From Octopus bimaculoides (Eukaryota), in contig NC_069000.1 of the NCBI RefSeq assembly GCF_001194135.2, positions 7,331,559 to 7,395,558 on the forward strand: DNA of 64,000 nt, written 5' to 3'. The notes beneath the pieces were generated by a model. It saw only the letters and a program-made list of their open reading frames with translations. It had not been told where the DNA came from and made no database searches. Made by a program: the position numbers and the translations under genes. Below are positions 13,251-50,841 of this stretch, in pieces. Every line of letters starts with the position of its first letter. Position 1 is the first letter of the stretch.

Positions 13251-14606
13251 TATTACAAGTGCTAGATGAGAAAGTAGAGACTCTGTAGTAAAGCCACCTC
13301 CCTCTTTAACCCAATCCTGTTGAAGAGGATATTAGTCTTGCAAGATGCATGGTAACCTCACTGTTAGTGCCATGAATAAAAGCATTCAGCACATTACTTT
13401 ATAAAGTGGTTGCTATTAGAGAGTATCCAGCCACACAAATCATGTCAAAGCAAACATTGGAGCACAATACAATTTTCACATCCACTGGATCCTATTAAAC
13501 CACTCAGAATATGCCATCATGAAACGTGAACACTAAAAGATGACGATGTATGGACTTCTTTCAGTATCTATCAAACCCTACTCAGAACTATAGAAGAAAT
13601 TTGGCCAAGGTATTGTACAGTGAGACTGAACATGAAATCATATGGTTGGGAAGTGAACTTCTTAACCATAAAACCACAAATATAAAATAAAACATGATTC
13701 ATGAAAACAAAAACATTACATAAAAGGAAGTAAATTAATCAAAGTAAGAAATACTACAGGAATTGAAGTGAAAAAAAATGATGCCATCTCTTTTTACAAT
13801 TTATTCATAGAAATTTTGTTTTTTGTAACCTCAGAGAACAGTGAGATTACTAGGCAGTTTGTTTTTATAATTATATTAATAATAATAATAGTAACACTAA
13901 AAATAACTCCCTTACTGGGACTTTGAAGAGGACCAAATAAATACTGAAGGATGCTGGGAAGAGTAGGAAACATGGGTAGACACAGCTCTCAGTTATTCCA
14001 GGAATTCTGGACCATATAAATCAGTCTGTAGAAAGGAGTCAACATCTATATTCAACATATTTCCAAATTTCTATCTCCACTGACTGTCAGAGAAGATTTC
14101 ACAAATGGATTTAGTTCTTAACTTCTTCCATAACATGTTCTTTCTTACAAAGTTCATATATGTATACATACACCCGCATTATGTATATATATATTTTATC
14201 CATTACATATACATATATGTATATATATCATACAATAAATAAGGATATATTTTAAATATACATATATATTATATATACATATATATATACTAAATGTAGA
14301 TATAAATTTTTATACACTATATTCATTCTTACATTTGATATTCTACATATATACATTTATATACTACAAAAACGTGTATATATAATTATATATATACATA
14401 TATGTTATATATTTTTGTATATTCATATGGATAACTTGAATATAAATATATCTATACACACACATATATATATATATGCATATGCAAATATATATATATA
14501 TATATACACACATGTATGCATACACACACATATATATACATATGCTTTTATGTGTGTGTATGAGTTTATACATTGTGTATGTGTGTGTGTATATATATAT
14601 ATATAC

Positions 14607-14641
<35 letters not shown>

Positions 14642-15525
14642 AACATGCACACACACATGTACATTTAGAATAAAAGCTGAACTTTCATATGTAGCTCATA
14701 CTAATTATTCAAGAGCTGTTTCATTAACATAAACACTAAATGTATAATTATCTAATTGTTAGACATAATTTAAATCAAAATAATGTAATAACCTATGTTA
14801 ACTCAAATCATGAATATTATGTGTTATGTTAATCAGAAAATATAATGCATAATATTCCTGATGATTTAGTTAATTACAACTTTTAAACTAATTCAATTTT
14901 TTTCATTATGTAACAAGATTATGTAATTATACATTTAATGATGTTTATCTTAAGAAAACAGCTGTTGAGCACAAGGTATGAACTGCATGTGAAATTTATG
15001 CTTTTCAGCATTTTATTCTAAATATGTTGCTCTTAAAGATTGTTTTTAGCTGATTATGAATATACATGCAAGTCGGTCCCACTTGGATTTACTGCAATGC
15101 AGTAATGTGTTGAAGTTTAACATCCTTTCATTTATTGAGTTCTTAATGACTCTGGATTATTTTTTTTACATTTATACAGCAAGTCTCTCTCTTGCTCTCT
15201 CTACATATGTGTTTATATACATATATAAATACATACATNNNNNNNNNNNNNNNNNNNNNNNNNNNNNNNNNNNNNNNNNNNNNNNNNNNNNNNNNNNNNN
15301 NNNNNNNNNNNNNNNNNNNNNNNNNNNNNNNNNNNNNNNNNNNNNNNNNNNNNNNNNNNNNNNNNNNNNNNNNNNNNNNNNNNNNNNNNNNNNNNNNNNN
15401 NNNNNNNNNNNNNNNNNNNNNNNNNNNNNNNNNNNNNNNNNNNNNNNNNNNNNNNNNNNNNNNNNNNNNNNNNNNNNNNNNNNNNNNNNNNNNNNNNNNN
15501 NNNNNNNNNNNNNNNNNNNNNNNNN

Positions 15526-15609
<84 letters not shown>

Positions 15610-16300
15610 TTGTACATACAGACATGTATGTGTGTGTGTGTATTTTTATTATTCTTTAACAAGAATAGTATTGACAGTGACTTCGAAGTATCAGCCAGCT
15701 AAGACATCATCACACTTTAATACATATAAACAGATATACATGTATATATATGTGTGTTTGCACATGTGTGTGTGCATAATGATACATATATACACACGCA
15801 TACTCTTAATTACTGAATTTTTTTATTCTCTTGTTTATTCTACCAGACCCACATATATATGTATATATACACACACACACACCCATATATACAAAATTTG
15901 ACACACACACACACACACACATACAAAGTATGTGAACAAATGAAAGAAAGTAGAACTCTCAACACATTCACTTAGAGTTTTTAAGTATTTAATGCCAGTT
16001 TGACTTAGCTCCACATTAGAAGTTTCACAGGCACAGCAGGTATGCTATCTACATATTCTGAGGATATAGGAACATATCTGCGCCTACGAAATGCTAAGTG
16101 ACATGGAGTTGAATCAACCTGTCATTAAAATCATATATTTTTATCATATATTAAATTTATATATTATGTATTACACACACACACACACATATATAATCAT
16201 GTTTGTATACATGTGTGTGTATGTATGTGTATGTGTGTATGTGTGTGTGTGTGTTTACATGAGTAAAGAATGTGAAGGAATTCAGCCTCTGTGTTTTGGC

Positions 16301-40529
<24,229 letters not shown>

Positions 40530-40538
<9 letters not shown>

Positions 40539-40560
40539 CTTGCTCATGACGTGTAACAGT
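40530..40560 (-). promoter_or_regulatory. TBC1D23 start region: AAGATGGCG (YY1/Kozak-type) and TGACGTG core
   Basis: Minus strand reads acacgtcATGagcaagATGGCG; TGACGTGT on plus strand at 40547-40554. Confidence 0.5.
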
Positions 40561-40696
40561 TGAACGGTTTGAGGCATTCGTTAAATATTCCGTCCAACTT
40601 TTAAACTAACGCGAACATAAACAAACTAGTCACACATACACCAACAACAACAACAGTGGCAACTGATGGCTGTGTTGTAATCATTATTTTTATTAA

Positions 40697-41544
40697 GGGG
40701 AGTGGATGGTAGAATTGGTAGAGGGTCGGACAATAAGGATTTGCAGTATTTAGTCGCGTTCCTTTACGTTCTGAGTTCAAATCACGATGAGGGTGCCTTT
40801 TTTCTGTCATCCATCCTGGGTCGATAAAATTATTAACCAGTCATATAACAGAATCGATATAATCGATTATACATTTTCTTCCCAAATTTTCCTGGCCTTG
40901 AGCCCATATTGGAAATGAGGATTAGCTGAATCGTTTGAGCGTCGGACAAAAATGTCTTGCGGAATATAGTTACGGTTCTGGGTTCAAATCTTGCTAAGGT
41001 CGATTTTGCCTTTCATCCTTTTGGGGTCGATAAAATATGTACCAGTCAAACGCTAGGGTCAATATAATCGACTTACCCGCTCCCCAAAAATTGCGGGGGC
41101 CTTCTGCCAAAATTTGAAATTATTATTATTGTTAAGGCAGTGAGTTGGCAGAATTGTTAACACGCTGGACAAAATGCTAAGCGGCATTTCATCCGTTCTG
41201 AGTTCAAATTCCACTGAGATCGGCTTTGCCTTTCGTAATTTTGGGGTCCATAAAATAAGTACCAGCTGAGTACTGGAGTCAATGTAATTGACTAACGCCC
41301 TTCCTCCAAATTTCAGGCCTTATGCCTATAGTGGAAAGGATTATTATTATTATCATTATTATTATTATCATTAAAGCTGTGAGCTGGCAGAATCGTTAGT
41401 GCGCTGGGCAAAATGCCTGGCAGCATTTAGTCTGTCCTTATATACTGAGTTCAAGTTACACCCAGGTCGACTTTGCCTTTCAGCCAATGTAATCGACTTA
41501 ACTCCTCCCATCAAATTTCAGGACTTGTGTCTATAGTAGAAAAG

Positions 41545-41589
<45 letters not shown>

Positions 41590-41635
41590 GTAATCGACTT
41601 ACCTCCTCCACCAAACTTTGTGCCAAAATTGGAAT
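40697..41635 (+). mobile_element. Head-to-tail array of about 5 SINE family A copies
   Basis: Copies at about 40697, 40916, 41135, 41372 and a fragment at 41585; the four larger copies have a gttcaa B-box and body, and the later ones are separated by (ATT)n tails. Confidence 0.8.
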
Positions 41636-41999
41636 GTAATACATATGACCTTTACTTGTTAAGATTCTTTGTCCCAAACTCTGTTTTTGGGTCATCCAAG
41701 TTCAGCTGATATGTCTATACCATGAATTCATGACCTTGGGCATTGCTGCCTTGAGTTCTGACTCATAAGGCCAGTTATTTGGCTTCCATGGTGTGTCCAT
41801 CACAGGGTTACTTATTTACAGTTTGGTGAACTGGAACAACATGAAATGAAGTGTTTTGCTCAAGAACACAATACACCACCTAGTCGAAGAATCAAAACCA
41901 TGATTGCAAGATTATGAGCACCATATCCTAACCACTAGGCTATGTGCCTTCAAAATCATAAAGGCAGAAAAAAAATGGTGATTTTTGGAATTCAGATGG

Positions 42000-42785
42000 G
42001 AAAAGCTCTTCATGATATTACAACAGCATCAGAACTCTGATAAAATCCAGTCTGAAACAGCAATTAAAATCTCACATTAAAAATCAAGTGGAAGGATTGC
42101 CAGTACTTGTTGGCTGGTGTCCAAGAACCCCAGAAACCTTCAATTCTTGAGATGTTGTTGCACAGTACCACACCATTTTGGCTGCTTCTCCTGAACCAAC
42201 TGGATGACCCTTATTATTATAAGTTCAATATTGCTTTCTTCATATGCCAAATACATTCATTGTCCAGTTTGTTTCATTCAGCAACAATATCCTCACTGCA
42301 GCTAGTTATTGATTCACTTGCTTCATAACTCAATGAAGAAGATTACAACATCTTTGCCAGTCTTAAATCACAGCAGAATTTATCCCCAGACAGCAAAGAA
42401 GACATGAACGTTTGCAGACAATAGTGATAGAAACGATTTTGTGTCATTCATACTTTAATGTAAAAGACCCTGTCTTATGCTTTGCTTGAGTTATTTCTCC
42501 TTTTGTTATTGATGCCATGACAAAAAGAAACTTGTTCTGAATATCATTTGAATGGAAAAAAATATGAATTCTGTAGATGAGGTCAGAACAGTACTGGTGG
42601 AGTATTTTTCATTACAGACAAGTGAATTTTGGAAGAGGGGCCTTGCAAGTCTACCAGATAGATGGAAGAGCATTGTAGAAAATGAAGGAGAGTATATTTT
42701 AGATTAAAAAAGAACTGTATTTATCTTAATTTTGAAAAATAAAAGAGGTATTAAAAATGCATTATTTATGAGATGACCCAACATA
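42000..42785 (+). mobile_element. Decayed mariner transposon (C-terminal transposase and right end)
   Basis: 42564-42707 reads MNSVDEVRTVLVEYFSLQTSEFWKRGLASLPDRWKSIVENEGEYILD*, the typical mariner C-terminus (GI..LP.RW..V...G.Y), followed by a TIR-like attatttatgagatgacccaa. Left boundary uncertain. Confidence 0.75.
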
Positions 42786-42929
42786 TTTTTAATCTTAGCA
42801 GCACCTTCACACAGAACTGCATTTATGTACAGCCATTTCATATTAATCAAGGCTAAATTATTTAGATGATCTTGTTCCATAGTTGCAGGAACTGCAACAA
42901 GGTTGAGGTTACAGACTTCATCAATTTAT

Positions 42930-43560
42930 TAATTCTGGATATCCTGCAAAGAGGATATAGCACACAGTTTAATACTGTACAGAAATAAAGGATTGGCAAT
43001 CTCAAGTGATATGAATGGACACATCGTAGATAAGCTCAGGAAGAATTGTATAATCATTTTCAAAGAATGCCACTTGGATATAACTGTTATCAGTGAGGTC
43101 AACTTCCTGATTTCACCTGAAACTTCAAGACCGACAAATACTATCCCCACAGTAGACCTAATGAAAAAAAACTGTTTGTACCCATAGGAACCCCAACCAC
43201 TTCCAGTTGTAAGTAGAAATGTAGACATATCCATCAGCAGAAGAATTTTCAATTCATTGTCAGACAGAAAGATCTCTAAGAGGGTCACATCCCTATTAAA
43301 ATGAGGCATCAGCAAGGAGTGGCTTTATTATAATTGAATGGATATGAAAGATTTCCCACCTCATCTAATCCCAAAGAGAGTTAGAAAGAGAAAGGTAACT
43401 TGGTTCAATCCTCTATGCAATCTAGATGTATCCACTTATGTAGATAGAAGTTTCCTGTCTCATCTCTAATAAGGCAACATTTCCAGAGTACACATAAGTA
43501 TCATAAACTTTTTAATGCACATAACATTAATGATAGCTACTTATGCTTAGATGATATTGC
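42930..43560 (+). mobile_element. Decayed Penelope-like retroelement fragment
   Basis: DKLRKNCIIIFKECHLDITVISEVNFL and, with frameshifts, KVTWFNPL...HKYHKLFNAHNINDSY, resembling Penelope RT and linker (IIWFNPP...HKIFNRNTVKVSYSC). Confidence 0.7.
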
Positions 43561-44769
43561 TTCCATTATTATGTACTACTAAAACACAAACATGTAACCA
43601 AGCAGACACCATCCCATATACTAAGCTGAAAGTTTACCAACAACCCACTGGGAGAATCCACCAACAGGTAAACTGATCTACAGCAATGTTGCACAAAAGA
43701 TATGCCCTATTAATGAACTTCAAACCATTGGCCACTGACACCCTAGAAAGACCATCTGATTCCTGAATAGTCATGTTCTGCATAAACAGTCTCAGCTTGC
43801 TGACAATGAGATTATTTCCCTTTTGCATTCCACCATTGCAACCATGCAGTGCCCAGTTACAATTATACGACGTACAGTTATGCATAACACACAAACTGGT
43901 ATGACACCACTAGATTAGATACCCATGTTGGCATGGAACATGGATTTTAAATAAAGATGGTATAGATGATAATGTATGTATGAATGTATCATCATCATCA
44001 TCATTTAACATCTGTTTTCCATGCTGGCATGTGTTGGACAGTCTGATTGAAAACTGGTAAGCTGGGGAGCTGCACCAGGTTTCAATCTGATTTGGCATGG
44101 TTTCTACAGCTGGATGCCCTTTCTAATGCCAACCACTCCAAGAGTGTAATGGGTGCTTTTTACATGCCACTGGCACGGGTGCCAGTTACGAAACACCAGC
44201 ATCAGCCACAACTACGATCGCACTTGGCTTCACAGGTCTTCTCAAGCACGGCATATTACCAACTGTCTCGGTCATTTGTCACTGCCTCAATGAGGCCCGC
44301 GCCTGCTTTAAAATTTGAAAGTATGATCCCTAAGTTTCATTCGATTTAACTAACACAATTTCTCATTCCATTAAATCGGTTTAATGTATTTTAATGGAAT
44401 AAAATGGGTTATTTTTTTTACTTGCTTTTGCATATAGTGTACAACTAATGTATTACCAGTTAGTGACTAAAAGTATGATTCGTTTAATTACTGTAGTTTT
44501 TATTAATGGTATTATTATTATTTTTCTTAACTAAAAACTGACTCAGAAATGACAGCAATTTTGTCGACGTTGACAGTACTCCCGATTTACCTCCCTTGGA
44601 GTAAAAATAACAAAAACAGAAAAAAGAAATGAAATGCTAACTCAGTTGTAGTTTTCGTAACAAAAAGGAAATTGCAATTCATCTCTTCGACGAAAAACAA
44701 ACATACAGTTAATGTTAAAATATTATAAACAAAACATCAGTTTAATAAAAATTTCAACATATAACGTAA

Positions 44770-44931
44770 ATATTGAAAGAGCTCACTTTCGTCGCCGACC
44801 CTTCGTATTCAATTCATTGACGTGGCTTCCGCCATAATAGCACTATATGTCTTGAGATCTGAGCCAAGACACAGAATACTGGAATTGTCTGGCTCTTTGT
44901 TGTCATTGTTTTCTCCTTATAAACAACAATG
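44770..44931 (+). promoter_or_regulatory. ARCN1 core promoter / first exon region
   Basis: CpG-containing stretch with TGACGTGG at 44818-44825 followed by CTTCCG (ETS-like) and CGCCAT (YY1-like), about 105 bp upstream of ATG/GTAAGT. Confidence 0.6.
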
Positions 44932-46563
44932 GTAAGTACAGCAACTGAATAAATGTCTTGTTTTTCTACAGTTGTCATTTAAAGCTAAACTTCCTAAGTT
45001 CCTCTAAACAAAAGCCTATCATTATATTTCACCTCTTGTCACTCGATGTGCTAACGTTGATAACTTATTCATAGATTTCTCTATCAAATTTCACCAAATA
45101 TCTTCAAAAATTCTACAGGTATTTTATAAAAAAATTTCACTTTGAATCATTTAAAAGACATATATATTTCTTTAAAAATATTCAAAATTTCGTATCATTT
45201 GATAAATGTAGTCTATCCGAAATATGTTTTTCCTGTCCACACCTCTCGCAACCACTCACAAAGTTGCCTACATCAGCTTTATTTCAATGTCCTTTTTTTT
45301 TTTTTTTTTTAAATGTCTATCTCTATGTCTCAATATTATTTATCTTTGCATTTTATTATATGCATGTGATTACGTGTTTAACAACGTTGGTTTGTCCCCA
45401 TCTATATATATCGATATTTATACTATACAAGCACATTACTCATTTATATATATACACGCACACACCCAGATATTTATATAAGAATACATGTATTCATACA
45501 AATGTGTGTATACTTATGTATTCATATGATATAAATAATATTGTATTATGAGTTTGTTGTCTTTTTCTGGAGTTCCATTACCTAGATCAGAGTAATAATT
45601 GTCTAGTAAAGATTTCGCAATCCTGGTTTTGGGTTCATTCACACTGCTCGGCAACCGCGTCGAGCAAGTGTTTTCTACTATAGCCTTGAGCGGAAATCAA
45701 ACGAATGTTGTTATATGTGTGTGTGTGTGTGTCCTCATCTTAACATCACACTTTAATTGTAAACAAAAGTTACTGTCATACAAGTGGTATCATTCGTTTG
45801 AAATCCTTCACGAAAACATAACCGGCCATTGTGCCGTTTGTGTCCAAAAAGCTTTGGGAAATATCCTCTTGCTTGGAAACAGATCAACAAACTAGAAAAT
45901 CTGCCTCAATATATCTCGTCTGACCCGACGTTCAAACGACAATGATGATGGTATACACACATACATACACACACGTTTATATGAATATATCATCATCGCG
46001 TTTGACGGAATTTGTCAAAGCAGATTTTCTATGACCGGATGCTCTTGCTGTTGCCAATCCTCGTCAGTTTACAAGCAAGATAATACTCACCCCAGTCTTT
46101 TTAAACAGTACGATGGCTGGATGACTTATTTATGTGGAAGATTGCAAATGAAGGCCACTACTTTTGTGATAGCAAAGATTGTTTTGCAGTTGGTGTGTAA
46201 TGGGGAAAACAAGGAGACATAGCCACATGATAATATTTTCCGCTTCGCCTATGTTTTCATGCAAAACTGCAAACAAACATCATTGTGTGTATGATAGCGA
46301 AGTCGTTGATTACAATTAGTGAGGAGTGTTAAGACACTAGTTTCTGTTTCTCTCTACCAAATTTGCCCACACAACTTTGTTCAACCTGGGGCTATAACAA
46401 GACACTTGCCCAAATTGCCATACAGTGAGACTGAACCTAAAATCGCATGGTTGAGAAGCAAACTTCTAAACCACACATCCATGCATGCACTTATTCATAC
46501 ACCTATATATATGTGTGTGTATATATATATGTATGTATGTGTATATGTATGTGTGTGTGTGTT

Positions 46564-46614
<51 letters not shown>

Positions 46615-49600
46615 ATGATTTAAAAGCAGCTCGAGAGATGTAAACAATATTGAACACACATACACAAGGTATGTGTTTTGCTAGTTTGTGGGTAGGCTGT
46701 GCTTCTAGGTGTAAGAGAATATATTCTCATGTGCTTGGTATTAAAACTCCTGAAAGTCATGCACAAGTGAAATAACTTGCATTAAATCCCATTCAGAAGT
46801 GATAAACATCGATATTTTGTCATTTTTGTAAACTATATATAAGGATATTATTATTGTTAATAATTTACAATAATATCAGTGGCTAGCATGTGTAAAAGAA
46901 CCATAAAGGCAAAATTATTAATTAATAATGAAGGATACCACTTGTAGCACCAGTATGCTAAAAATAGCAGTCAAAACGACTCAAAACTACAGTTTTCACT
47001 TGTACACAAGGGTGAAATCGAGGAAACAAGCAGTAAAATTTCAAGACTCCATACCATAGACGCAAAGAATTGAAAATCAAGCATGCCCAAATCACAATGA
47101 TTTTGAACTTTGTGAATGATCACTTTGTTCTTGTCAGTGAGTAATACTGACCCAGGGCCAGTTCCCTTGGTTTTGCTCTTGTGTACAAGTGAAAGCTGTG
47201 GTTTTGAGTTGCTTTGACTGCTATTTCTAGCAAGCTGGTGCTACAAGTAGTACCCTCAATATTAATTAATAATTTTGCCTTTATGGTTCTTTTATGCATG
47301 CTAGCCACTGATATTATTGTAAATTATTAATAATATCCTTATATATTTTTATGATTTTTATTCACTTCGATCATCTTTTTAAATTTGCTGCGTCTCCTCT
47401 CTCACAACTATAGATCTGATTCTCTCATCTTACTTTAACTTCCTTCTTCCATCCATCTAGAATATCATGCACCTTCCCTCTTCTGTTCTTCTTTACTTAT
47501 AGATCCACTGTAAGTCCTTAATCTTGGAAGTTACAAGATGATCTCACTAGTGCTAGTGCCATGAAAAAATGTACCCATTAGACTCTGTTGAGTGGTTGAT
47601 GTTAGGAAAGGCATTAAGCTGTAGAAACCCTACCAAAGCAGATGGTGGAGTTTAATCCTTTAGCATTCAGATTATTCTGTCTAATCTAATGCTTATTTAT
47701 TCACATTGTTTTGAATTAATTATGCATTATGTTGTAGCATTGAGATTTCGAAGCTGTAATTATTTATTTTTAGAATGACATTGTTGAGTATGTGTGAGAA
47801 GCTGAATCTGACTGGTTTGAACATAAAACAGGTAAAATAGTTGGGCCCGATATGTCTGGTTTAAATGCTAAAGGGTTAATGTAGTCCTCTTTAGGAATCT
47901 TTATATTTGCATGCAACCAACTTCAGATACACCCACCTTAACCCTATAACATTTAAACTGGCCGTATCTGGCCCAAATATTCTACATGTTTTACTTTCAG
48001 ACTGGCCATATCAAGCCTCTCACACCTACCCTACACTGACATTCTAAAAATCAACTATCACATCATCAAACCATCAAAGCTGTAAGATAATGCATGATTA
48101 ATTCGAGTCGATTCGAATAAAGAAGCTATACATTTGACAGAGTAGTCTGAATGCTAAAGTGTTTGGAATATGTGACAGTAAGTGGAGTTCTTTACAAGGC
48201 AACACAATGATATAATAATAATGATTTCTAACTTAGACACAGGGTCTCTGTATTTCATGGTAAGTGGGGTTGACAGTACTTACCTTTTATTTTATTGACA
48301 AAAGATACAAAGTTCAAGGCAAGAAACAAAAGTTGAATCCCACCAAGGTTACCTTTGCCTTTCCTCCTTCTTTAGTCAATAAAATGAAATACCAGTTATA
48401 CAGTGAGGGTCGATGCAGTTGACTAATCTCTCCTGTTTCCAAAATGTTTGGCCACTCCCTGTGTTAGAAACTATTACTATGACTACCACCACTACCATTT
48501 CTTAGTAGTTGTGTGTGCTTTCACTGCATTACTGACTACCTCTGTGTTTCTTGTGTCTGTGTAATGTGTTGGTTTTGTTAGTTTTACTGTAGTGATTGTA
48601 TTCTATGTTATGTCTTTGCAATGCTTAGTAATGCTATTTTCTAATTATGCATATTTGAAAATCCCTGGGTTCTGGCTATGCATTTGTCCATGTAAAATTT
48701 CATCATCCCCCAAAACATCTATTATTATAGGGGTTGTTTCTGTTTTCAGGTCCCACATTCAGGTTATCTCTATTTCCAGATCTTTATATTTGTATAATTT
48801 TTCCATTTCTTTGAGAAGTACATTATCATCTGTGGGGATTGATACAATGAATTAGGAGGCATTTCTTTTCTTAGTGGCCCTTGATAACAATGTCTGGTTA
48901 ATTGTCTTCAATCTCTCTCTATATGTTTATTAGCTTATTCCAGAATTTGGTTGCATTACTATTTTGAAGACCTTTTCTGACGTATGTCTATACCATTTCT
49001 TTCTGTCAGCATAATAACTTCCAGTGTATGCAAATAAATCATAAGACAAACTATCATGAATCAGCTGAGACTGAACTCACTTCTTGATGATCCAGAAAGA
49101 AGTCACTTATTTTTAAAAAATGGATTTTAATAGGGAAGAAATTATCAGAAAGCATTCACAAATATCCAGTCTTTGACTTTAATTTGAATATTGATTTCTT
49201 CTGTTGGCAGCAAGCCAATCAAATGAATGGATACCAGTATATGACTGGTATGAAAAGTGAAGCCAACCTTGGTGAGATCTGAACTCTGAACATAATGGTC
49301 TACTGTTTCTGCCACTTCACCACCTTTGATTTTGATCTTAATGTTAAAAACTTTATACTTAAACTACTATGCTAGCTTTGAGACAGACAATAACTTGTTG
49401 ATCCAAGCTTCATGACAATAACCTGTTGATCCAAGCTTTTAGGCAATAACCTGTTGATCCAAGCTTTTAGGCAATAACCTGTTGATCCAAGCTTTTGAGC
49501 AATTGGCTTGTTGATCCAAGCTTTTAAGCATTAGCTTATTGATCCAAACTTTTAGGCAATAGGTTGTTGAGCCAAGCTTTTAAACAATAACCTGTTGACC

Positions 49601-50804
49601 TAAGCTTTTAGGCAATAGCTTGTTGATTCAGTCTTTTAGGCAATAGCTTGTTGAGCCAAGCTTTTAGGCAATAATGTGTTGATCCAAGTAATCAGGTAAT
49701 AGCTTGTTGGCTCAGCCTTTGATGTACAAGCTTATCAATAAAAATTTTCAGTTACTAATTTGTCACTCCAAGTATTCAGCCAATACATTGCTTATCCAAG
49801 CTTTGAGGTAACAGCTTGTTTATATAAGCTTTAAACTGGCAACTTTTTGGCGCATGATTTGAGTAGCTGAGCCAATGTTTAAAAAATAATAGTTTATTGA
49901 TTTGAGCTTGAAGACATTATTTGAATTTGCTGAAGTGGTTTCTGTTTGTTACATAAAACAAAGGTCCATCCTTGATGATCTAAAGTTTATTTCAATTTCT
50001 CTATAATATAAAAATTTCATGTAGGAGGTTTTAGTGTGTATTTTTATTACAGGGTTTGAGAGATGAGTGAGACAATAGCTGTGAGGCCATAGTACAAATC
50101 AGATCATTGTGTTTTGCCTCTGAACAAGACACCTAACTCTGTTTGCTCCAGTTTATTTGACTGAACATAAAACAGGTTCTCCTCGAACTTCAGAAGTTGA
50201 GGGCTCAGTGCCGAAAAGATATCTCCTGGATTTTAAAACTATTGCTCTTAAAGTGCATTTGTTTCGCTTTTATAAATCTATGACAAGTTTTTCTATTCAT
50301 GTGTGCTATTATTTCTTATAATACTGCTCATGTACACTAGGTGCAGATGTAGATTGCAAATTGAATCTGATAACTTTGACCAGGATACAGAAAGTGTCTG
50401 GATGAGTGGAGATTACTTAGACTTGTACTGTCCAGCCCCCACCATCACTAGTACCACTATCACTATTGCAGTAGATGTCCTTCTTTATCATGTAAATACA
50501 TTCAATGTAGCTGCCTTACTAACATCACTTTCAATTTAGATCCCTTATTAAACACTCCTATCCAGCCCTTATTTTCTGAAGCTACAACCCTTTGGAACTC
50601 ATTCATTACCTATATTTTCACTCCTGTCAATGATTTGACATGTAACATTACGAACTAAATGACAACCTACATAATTCTGTCTAACCCTTTCTCTCCTACC
50701 TTAGGTTTTATGTCCCCTTTATGTTGTCTCCTTTAGGTTGTCTCCTGTTCTCTTTTTCAGCTCCTGTCTTCTTTCTTCTTTGGCTTTGTTTGCTATTCCC
50801 CCAC

Positions 50805-50841
<37 letters not shown>

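Noticed and set aside
15056-15901. Long ORFs here and at 18373-19132, 38262-38782, 39201-39740, 58496-59514
   Set aside because: Artefacts of N-runs and (AT)n/(CA)n microsatellites.
49388-49830. CRISPR-like array
   Set aside because: Units are contiguous with no unique spacers, in a eukaryotic intron with no cas genes.
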